64,000 bases of DNA from the NCBI GenBank assembly GCA_026988355.1, contig JALSLK010000118.1, positions 4,709 to 68,708 on the forward strand, in the 5' to 3' direction. Shown here piece after piece: positions 20,731 to 26,889 of the stretch; the first letter of the stretch is position 1; the number at the start of each line of letters is the position of its first letter. The DNA is from Flavobacteriaceae bacterium (GTDB lineage Bacteria; Bacteroidota; Bacteroidia; Flavobacteriales; Flavobacteriaceae). Made by a program: the position numbers and the translations under genes. The notes below the pieces were generated by a model. That model was not told the DNA's origin. It saw only the letters and a program-made list of their open reading frames with translations, and searched no databases.

Positions 20731-20822
20731 AAAATTAAAAACCGAAACTAAAAAGTTTCGGTTTTTTTATGCTAATTAAATAAACTAACTAAAAATTTAA
20801 TAGCAATTAAAATTTACCACTA
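20731..20822 (-). ncRNA. candidate small RNA (about 90 nt) between promoter module P1 and the bidirectional terminator
   Basis: Bounded by a TAnnTTTG box (complement of 20828-20835) and the terminator hairpin 20766-20737 plus U-run. No ATG-initiated ORF inside. Purely predicted. Confidence 0.2.
20737..20769. terminator. bidirectional rho-independent terminator
   Basis: Stem AAAAACCGAAAC / GTTTCGGTTTTT with a 6-nt loop. A-run before and T-run after, so it is followed by a U-run on either strand. Confidence 0.7.
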
Positions 20823-20827
20823 AAGCA

Positions 20828-20871
20828 CAAACGTAATTAATAAAAATCGTTTAAAACATGATTTTTATCAT
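20828..20871 (-). promoter_or_regulatory. composite promoter-like module P1: ATGATAAAAATCAT - N22 - TACGTTTG
   Basis: Read directly on the minus strand. The 14-mer is the complement of 20858-20871; the -7 box is the complement of 20828-20835; the spacer is exactly 22 nt. Confidence 0.4.
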
Positions 20872-20911
20872 AAAATAAAAATCTATTTATTGTGTCATAT
20901 TATTAAAATTA

Positions 20912-20987
20912 TACCAATTCAATTTCAAAATGCAGTAAAACGTGAAAAGATAAATAATTTATAGCGTATTTTGATGTGGAGTTGGTA
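20912..20987 (+). mobile_element. MITE-like element, internally deleted short copy (76 bp)
   Basis: The left ~14-20 bp and right ~55 bp of the 158-bp element are joined at a TGC microhomology. Flanked by TTA on both sides. Confidence 0.65.
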
Positions 20988-20990
20988 TTA

Positions 20991-21148
20991 TACCAATTCA
21001 ATTTTGAAATGCGCTAAATAGATTTAAAATATTTTTATGTTTTACAATCTTGAAATTTCAAGCATAGCATAGCTATGGTTTAAATTTAAAGTGCAGTAAA
21101 ACGTGAAAAGATAAATAATTTATAGCGTATTTTGATGTGGAGTTGGTA
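20991..21148 (+). mobile_element. MITE-like element, full-length copy (158 bp)
   Basis: Imperfect TIRs: TACCAATTCAATTTTGAAATGCGCTA versus the complement of TAGCGTATTTTGATGTGGAGTTGGTA. Central palindrome CTTGAAATTTCAAG. TTA on both flanks. Near-identical inverted copy at 11787-11945. Confidence 0.7.
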
Positions 21149-21161
21149 TTAGACTGTTGTT

Positions 21162-21205
21162 ATGATAAAAATCATATTATTCATTTTGTTATTTGCATAA
21201 CTTTG
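21162..21205 (+). promoter_or_regulatory. composite promoter-like module P2: ATGATAAAAATCAT - N22 - TAACTTTG, upstream of the SQR-like operon
   Basis: 14-mer at 21162-21175, a 22-nt spacer, and a TAnnTTTG match at 21198-21205. The ATG is at 21238. Confidence 0.45.
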
Positions 21206-21237
21206 AATAACAAAATAGATAACGTAACACTATAGAT

Positions 21238-22476
21238 ATGAAAAATTTAGTAATACTTGGAGCAGGAACTTCAGGAACAATGATGGCAAATCATATGATG
21301 CATAAATTAGATAAAGAAGAATGGAAAATAACCATAGTCGATCAGTACAAAACACATTATTATCAGCCAGGGTTTTTATTCTTACCATTTGATATATACA
21401 AAACAAAAGATGTAAAAAAGAAAGGGAAAAAATACATTCCAAAAAAAGCAAGGTATGTTTTGCAAAAAATTGACCGTATTATGTCAGAAAAAAATAGAAT
21501 AAAACTAGAGCATGAATTCTTAGATTATGACGTACTTATAATAGCAACTGGAACAAAAATAGCTCCAGAAGAAACAGAAGGAATGAAAGCAGCAAATTGG
21601 CACAAAAATATTTTTGATTTTTATACCTACGAAGGCGCAAAAAAATTAAGAAATAAACTGAGAGAATTTAAAGGAGGGAAATTAGTTGTGCACATAACCG
21701 AAATGCCTATTAAATGTCCAGTCGCACCATTAGAATTTGCATTTTTAGCAGATTCCTATTTTATTAATAAAGGCATAAGAGATAAAGTAGATATAACCTA
21801 TGTAACACCTTTAGAGGGCGCATTTACAAAACCAAAAGCAACAGCAGCATTACATCATTTATTAGAAGAAAAAGGAATAAAAGAAGTAACAGATTTTGAT
21901 ATAGAACGCGTAGATTATGAAAATAATAAAATTATAGATTATGGAGGTAGAGAAGTACCTTATGATTTATTAGTAACAGTTCCAACGAATTTAGGAGACG
22001 AAATGATAGAAAGATCAGGATTAGGAGACGATATGAATTTTGTACCAACCCATAAAGCAACATTACAATCTAAAGCAAATAAAAATATTTTTGTAATAGG
22101 AGATGCATCTAATTTACCAGCATCAAAAGCAGGATCCGTAGCGCATTTTGAAGCAGAGATATTAACCGAAAATGTCATGCGATTCATTAAAAATAAACCG
22201 CTAAAAGAAGAATTTGATGGACATGCAAATTGTTTTATAGAAACAGGACATGGTAAAGCCTTATTAATAGATTTTAATTATACGCACGAACCAGTAGAAG
22301 GAACATTTCCATTACCAGGAATAGGACCATTAAAGTTATTAAAAGAAAGTAGAATGAATCACATGGGGAAATTAGCTTTTAGGTGGATTTATTGGAACAT
22401 GTTAATAAAAGGAACACACATTCCATTTGTATCAGCAACAATGTCAAAAAAAGGAAAAAAATTAGATAAAGTATAA
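21238..22476 (+). CDS. FAD-dependent pyridine nucleotide-disulfide oxidoreductase, sulfide:quinone oxidoreductase-like
   Basis: N-terminal ILGAGTSGT dinucleotide fold. PIKCPVAPLEF cysteine motif, a second Cys in HANCFIETG, and VIGDAS. Followed by TusE and DsrE genes. Confidence 0.65.
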   Translation: MKNLVILGAGTSGTMMANHMMHKLDKEEWKITIVDQYKTHYYQPGFLFLPFDIYKTKDVKKKGKKYIPKKARYVLQKIDRIMSEKNRIKLEHEFLDYDVLIIATGTKIAPEETEGMKAANWHKNIFDFYTYEGAKKLRNKLREFKGGKLVVHITEMPIKCPVAPLEFAFLADSYFINKGIRDKVDITYVTPLEGAFTKPKATAALHHLLEEKGIKEVTDFDIERVDYENNKIIDYGGREVPYDLLVTVPTNLGDEMIERSGLGDDMNFVPTHKATLQSKANKNIFVIGDASNLPASKAGSVAHFEAEILTENVMRFIKNKPLKEEFDGHANCFIETGHGKALLIDFNYTHEPVEGTFPLPGIGPLKLLKESRMNHMGKLAFRWIYWNMLIKGTHIPFVSATMSKKGKKLDKV

Positions 22477-22511
22477 TAACAATAGTTAATCAAAGATTAA
22501 AATAGAATATC

Positions 22512-22820
22512 ATGGAAAAAACAATAGGAAACAAAGTAATAAATCTCGGAGATGATGGTTATTTAACCGATTTCTCACAATGGGATAAAGATATCGCAAT
22601 AGCGTTGGCAAAAGAAAAAAATATAGAAATGACCGATGCACATTGGATGGTTATAGAATATCTACAAGGAAAACATAAAAACGACGAAGCATTGTCGATT
22701 AGAGGAATTAAAAAAAGTGGCAAATTTAACATTAAAGAATTTTATGGATTATTTCCAGGAGGACCATTAAAAATTTCGACACTCATCGCAGGAATACCAA
22801 AACCAAAAAGTTGTATTTAA
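22512..22820 (+). CDS. TusE/DsrC/DsvC-family sulfur relay protein (single C-terminal Cys type)
   Basis: 102 aa ending ...GIPKPKSCI, the conserved penultimate-Cys tail of the family. No second Cys 10-11 residues upstream, so TusE-like rather than bona fide DsrC. Confidence 0.8.
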   Translation: MEKTIGNKVINLGDDGYLTDFSQWDKDIAIALAKEKNIEMTDAHWMVIEYLQGKHKNDEALSIRGIKKSGKFNIKEFYGLFPGGPLKISTLIAGIPKPKSCI

Positions 22821-22831
22821 AAAATAAAATT

Positions 22832-23305
22832 ATGGCAACAAAAGTTAAAAAAATGCTTTTTATCCTTTCAAAAGCAACAATAGAAAACGTTTATGCAGCT
22901 TTTATCATGGCAAATGGAGCTCGTATGGAAGGAATAGAAGCCGAAATTTTCTTTACATTTTTTGGATTAGAAGCCATTGAAAAAAAGAAAATAGAACATT
23001 TAAAAGTAGCAACAGTAGGAAATCCAGCAATGCATATACCAACATTATTGGGAGGATTGCCAGGAGTAGAGGCATTTGCTACAAGAATGATGAAAAAAGA
23101 AATGGAAAAATTAGACATGCCACCAATAGACGAATTCTTGGAGATATTATCCGATTCAGGAGTAAGTCTTTGGGCATGTCAATTGGCAGTTGAAATGTTC
23201 CATTTAAAAGAGAACGATTTAATAGATGAATTAGATGGAATCTTAACCATAGGCGATTTTTATAATAGAGCAGATGTAGAAGGAACACATTTGTTATTTA
23301 TTTAA
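22832..23305 (+). CDS. DsrE/DsrF-like sulfurtransferase family protein
   Basis: Rossmann-like start KKMLFILSKAT and a conserved Cys in LWACQLA. I prefer the ATG at 22832 to the listed TTG at 22811, which overlaps the TusE stop. Confidence 0.65.
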   Translation: MATKVKKMLFILSKATIENVYAAFIMANGARMEGIEAEIFFTFFGLEAIEKKKIEHLKVATVGNPAMHIPTLLGGLPGVEAFATRMMKKEMEKLDMPPIDEFLEILSDSGVSLWACQLAVEMFHLKENDLIDELDGILTIGDFYNRADVEGTHLLFI

Positions 23306-23350
23306 AATTATATCAAACTCAGGTTAATAATGTTTTATTTGAGATAAAAG

Positions 23351-24844
23351 TCATGATAGAATTGTTTTGGCTTTTATCTCATTCATCGTGTATTTTAACT
23401 TTTCAATTACCAAAAAAATCTCTTCATTGGTATAATTAGCAAAACCTATCCTAATAGCATTATGCTTGATATCGGAGTTATTATAACGTTGCCAATCGCC
23501 AATTTCTAAATGGTGTTTTTTTGCAATTTTAGAAACCGTTTTCCAAGAATAATTTTTAGATAAAATAACCCAAACAGCCATACCACCTTTAGGAATATCA
23601 AATAAAAAAAAATCAGATAATTCCTTTTTTAAAAGCATACAGAATAAATCGCGTCTGTTTTTATATATTTTAATTATTTTTTTAATATGTCTATCCAGAT
23701 TCCCATTTTTAATAAAATTCGCAAAAGTTAACTCTAAGATAGCATCGCCTTGTCGATCTATAATTCTTCTTTGATTTGCAGCTTCAGAAATAAAATTTTT
23801 GGAAGCAATTAGATATCCAATGCGATAAACAGGAGCAACCGTTTTACAAAAAGAACCGATATAAATTACATTTCCATTAGTGTCATGACTAGCTAGAGGT
23901 AAAATAGGAGCGTGATTGTAATTAAAATCGTAATCATAATCGTCTTCGATAATTGCAAAATGATGCATTTTTGCTAAATTCAATAAATGAATTCTTCTTT
24001 CGGCAGATAAAGTAACCGTTGTAGGATGATGATGATGCGAAGTAACAAATACCGCTTTTATAGAATGCGATTTGCAAAGCAATTTAATTTCATCGGTAAC
24101 TAAACCATTCTGATCTACCGAAATATAAACTAATTTGGCATTTTGACGCTCAAATGAAATGTTTGCAGAAATATAATTAGTCTTACCAACGAGGATAATA
24201 TCGTTCTTTTTTAAAAGCAATTGAGAAGCCAAAAAAATTCCCATTTGACTACCACGAGTAATCAAAATATTTTCTACCTTAATACCAAGTCCACGAGTTT
24301 TGTTTAAATAAGCAACCAGAACTTCGCGAAGTTTTAAATTGCCATAGATAGAACTGTATGATAAATGCTCGAGTGTACTTTTTTTACTTGAAATTTGACG
24401 ATACATTTTTGCAATCTCATTTGTAGGAGTTAACCTTACATCGCAAATACCATCATTCAAATACATAAAATTGACATCCGAAATGCTTTGCTTACGATTT
24501 AGAATTTTGTTCGTATAAAATGAGAAACCAGAGATTTCTTTTTCATTAAATTCATTTTTATTTCCATAATCTTGTCGTTTTAATATCGGAATATTAGCAT
24601 GTACAAAAGTCCCTTTCTTTGGAATTGTATTTATCCACCCTTGTAAATCTAATTCTTCATAACAAGCCACAATCGTTTTTCGATGTACATTTAATAAATT
24701 AGCTAAAGGTCTACTACCTAATAATTTTGTTTTTGGAGGCAGCTTACCATCTTTTATTAATACAATAAATTGACAAGCCAATTGTAAATACAATGGTTGT
24801 TTGCGCTTTCTATCAAGTTTTAAACTTGTTTTATATGGAAACAT
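23351..24844 (-). CDS. MocR-family transcriptional regulator (GntR-type wHTH fused to a fold-type-I aminotransferase-like domain)
   Basis: N-terminal wHTH (SRPLANLLNVHRKTIVACYEEL). C-terminal AAT-like domain with a PLP-lysine context (GSFCKTVAP). 497 aa. Confidence 0.85.
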   Translation of the reverse strand: MFPYKTSLKLDRKRKQPLYLQLACQFIVLIKDGKLPPKTKLLGSRPLANLLNVHRKTIVACYEELDLQGWINTIPKKGTFVHANIPILKRQDYGNKNEFNEKEISGFSFYTNKILNRKQSISDVNFMYLNDGICDVRLTPTNEIAKMYRQISSKKSTLEHLSYSSIYGNLKLREVLVAYLNKTRGLGIKVENILITRGSQMGIFLASQLLLKKNDIILVGKTNYISANISFERQNAKLVYISVDQNGLVTDEIKLLCKSHSIKAVFVTSHHHHPTTVTLSAERRIHLLNLAKMHHFAIIEDDYDYDFNYNHAPILPLASHDTNGNVIYIGSFCKTVAPVYRIGYLIASKNFISEAANQRRIIDRQGDAILELTFANFIKNGNLDRHIKKIIKIYKNRRDLFCMLLKKELSDFFLFDIPKGGMAVWVILSKNYSWKTVSKIAKKHHLEIGDWQRYNNSDIKHNAIRIGFANYTNEEIFLVIEKLKYTMNEIKAKTILS

Positions 24845-24845
24845 A

Positions 24846-24890
24846 ACTGGACTATGTTAAATGTGATTACTGGATTATTACAGTAGACCA
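24846..24890. promoter_or_regulatory. candidate MocR operator: direct repeats ACTGGACTAT / ACTGGATTAT plus an inverted partial copy
   Basis: Direct repeats at 24846-24855 and 24869-24878, 23 bp start to start. The complement of 24881-24890 reads TGGTCTACTG. Lies between the mocR start (24844) and the TATTTTTG box at 24900-24907 of the divergent cupin gene. Confidence 0.35.
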
Positions 24891-24943
24891 CAAATGTATT
24901 ATTTTTGAAATGAAAAAACGTAATAATACCAAAATACCGTAAA

Positions 24944-25285
24944 ATGAAAAAAACAAAAGAAAATAGTACACATTATTTTTGGGGAAATAATTGTAGCGGT
25001 TGGCATCTTGTAAAATCGAAAAAAATAAGTGTTATACAAGAATTAATGAAGCCTAATACAGAAGAACAAAAGCATTATCATAAATTTTCAGAGCAATTTT
25101 TTTACATCCTAAAAGGCATTGCAATTTTTGAAATAGAAGATGAAATTATAGAAGTAGAATCGGGAAATGGAATACATATACTTCCCAAAATAAGACACAA
25201 GATAAAAAATAACACAAAAAGAGAATTAGAATTTTTAGTTATTTCACAACCATCCACAGAAAAAGATAGATTTAATGTTAATTAA
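24944..25285 (+). CDS. cupin domain protein
   Basis: 113 aa with cupin motif-1-like HYHKFSEQFFYILKG and motif-2-like GNGIHILPKIRHKIKN. Confidence 0.7.
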   Translation: MKKTKENSTHYFWGNNCSGWHLVKSKKISVIQELMKPNTEEQKHYHKFSEQFFYILKGIAIFEIEDEIIEVESGNGIHILPKIRHKIKNNTKRELEFLVISQPSTEKDRFNVN

Positions 25286-25298
25286 ATAAAATTTAAAA

Positions 25299-25958
25299 AT
25301 GAAAGCATATCCAAAATCAAAGCTAAATCAAGTAAAACGAGGACAAAATAGAGCAACTTACGATGTAGATAAGATACATCGCATTTTAGACGCTGGATTT
25401 ATAGGTTTTGTTAGTTATATATACGAAGGTCGTGCAATTACATTGCCTATGGCTTATGGAAGAAAAGGAGATAAAATATATTTGCATAGTTCGCAAGGAA
25501 ATAGAATGTTATTAGCATTGTTAAAAGCAAAAGAAATGAGTATGACAATAATGCATCTAGATGCATTGATATTAGCACGATCAGGATTACATCATTCGGT
25601 AAATTACCGTTCGGCAACATTATTTGGAACGGTAAAAAAAATTAAAGATAAAATAGAAAAAGAAGCAGCATTATTCTGTTTTATGGAGCATATGATGGAA
25701 GGACGTTGGGAAGCAATTAGACCTATGTTGCCAAAAGAATTAGATAGAACATTAGTTGTAGAAATGACCATAAAAACAGCATCGGCAAAAATAAGAGATG
25801 TTGGAGTACAAGACGAACCAAAAGATGAAAGTCTACCAATTTGGGCAGGAGTATTGCCATTAAGACAAGTGACAGAATACCCAATTTCGGATGCTAAATT
25901 AGAAGCGTATGTAAAAATACCAGATCATGTATTGGCATATTACGAAAAACACAAATAA
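25299..25958 (+). CDS. pyridoxamine 5'-phosphate oxidase family protein (FMN-binding split barrel, Pyridox_ox_2-like)
   Basis: GFIGFVSYIYEGRAITLPMAYGRKGDKIYLHSS... is typical of this family. 13 nt after the cupin gene. Confidence 0.7.
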   Translation: MKAYPKSKLNQVKRGQNRATYDVDKIHRILDAGFIGFVSYIYEGRAITLPMAYGRKGDKIYLHSSQGNRMLLALLKAKEMSMTIMHLDALILARSGLHHSVNYRSATLFGTVKKIKDKIEKEAALFCFMEHMMEGRWEAIRPMLPKELDRTLVVEMTIKTASAKIRDVGVQDEPKDESLPIWAGVLPLRQVTEYPISDAKLEAYVKIPDHVLAYYEKHK

Positions 25959-25988
25959 TTTATAGCGTATTTTGATGTTGAGTTGGTA
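25953..25988 (+). repeat. solo right end of the MITE-like element
   Basis: AAATAATTTATAGCGTATTTTGATGTTGAGTTGGTA matches the last ~36 bp of the element. It overlaps the stop codon (25956-25958) of the preceding ORF. Confidence 0.6.
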
Positions 25989-26105
25989 TAATATATATTA
26001 CGGATTTTTTATGTTGATTATTAGTCATTTAAAAGATATTTTTTTGCCGTTTTTAAAAGTGTCTCCGAAATTTAAGGAGTCATATTTCGGCAGAACAATA
26101 TTATT

Positions 26106-26813
26106 TTATTTGTAAAATTTACTATTTATAGAATAACCAATACCTTTACTAGTGCGAATATATTCTTCTCCAATTTTCTTTCGAAGTTTTCTAATATGAA
26201 CATCTAAAGTGCGATCGCCAACAATTACAGAACTTCCCCAAATGTTATTGTAAATTTCTTCTCTCGAAAAAACTTTTTCAGGTTTAGAAGCTAATAATAA
26301 TAATAATTCAAATTCTTTTTTAGGTAAAAATATTTCTAGGTTATTTTTTATAACCAATCTTTTTTCAATACTAATAATGAGATTGCCAATACGGACATCG
26401 CTATTAATTTTAGCCGTTTTATTTCTTTTTAATAAAGCTTTGATTCGAGCAATTAAAGTTCTAGGCCTAATAGGTTTTGTAACATAATCATCCGCACCAA
26501 TATTAAAACCAGCAATTTCAGAGTAATCTTCATTTCTAGCAGTTAAAAAAATAATAATAGTGCTAGAAAAAGCAGGCATTTCACGTAATAATCTACAAGT
26601 TTCAATACCATCTAATTCTGGCATCATAACATCTAAAATAATTAAATCTGGATTTGTTTTTTTAGCAAGCTCAATAGCTTCTTTACCATTACAAGCAGTA
26701 GTGACATCGTATTTTTCTTTCTCAAAATTATATTTGAGAATTTCTAAAATATCAGGTTCATCATCTACAATTAAAATTTTGTCTGCTTTCATAATTAATT
26801 CAAAGTTACGCAT
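26106..26813 (-). CDS. OmpR/PhoB-family response regulator (receiver + winged-helix DNA-binding domain)
   Basis: ILIVDDEPDI, DLIILDVMMPELDG, DDYVTKP. The C-terminal wHTH ends ...GIGYSI. No histidine kinase nearby. The start may be the internal Met at 26792. Confidence 0.85.
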   Translation of the reverse strand: MRNFELIMKADKILIVDDEPDILEILKYNFEKEKYDVTTACNGKEAIELAKKTNPDLIILDVMMPELDGIETCRLLREMPAFSSTIIIFLTARNEDYSEIAGFNIGADDYVTKPIRPRTLIARIKALLKRNKTAKINSDVRIGNLIISIEKRLVIKNNLEIFLPKKEFELLLLLASKPEKVFSREEIYNNIWGSSVIVGDRTLDVHIRKLRKKIGEEYIRTSKGIGYSINSKFYK

Positions 26814-26852
26814 AAAAAGGCGATAAATAGAATATCTGTATTAACTTAATCT

Positions 26853-26889
26853 TAATTTTATAGCGTATTTTGATGTTGCGTAGGTGTTA
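26853..26889 (+). repeat. degenerate solo right end of the MITE-like element
   Basis: TAATTTTATAGCGTATTTTGATGTTGCGTAGGTG shares the TTTATAGCGTATTTTGATGTTG core, but the terminal TTGGTA has decayed. Lies between the TonB receptor stop and the response-regulator start. Confidence 0.45.

Noticed and set aside
20858-20871. Interpreting the ATGAT-N4-ATCAT 14-mer as a Fur box
   Set aside because: The half-sites resemble the ATGAT/ATCAT core of the classical Fur consensus. However, the spacing differs (4 nt versus 1 nt between arms). No iron-related genes are downstream. I therefore leave the binder unassigned.
22811-22831. TTG start listed for the DsrE-like ORF
   Set aside because: It overlaps the TusE stop and adds MYLKNKI before a good ATG (22832). 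That ATG gives the typical MATKVKKMLFIL Rossmann-like start. I use the ATG.
26065-26090. CCGAAAT...ATTTCGG hairpin between the PNPOx-like gene and the response regulator, considered as a convergent terminator
   Set aside because: It has only a 7-bp stem with a 12-nt loop and no clear U-run on either strand. This is too weak to call.
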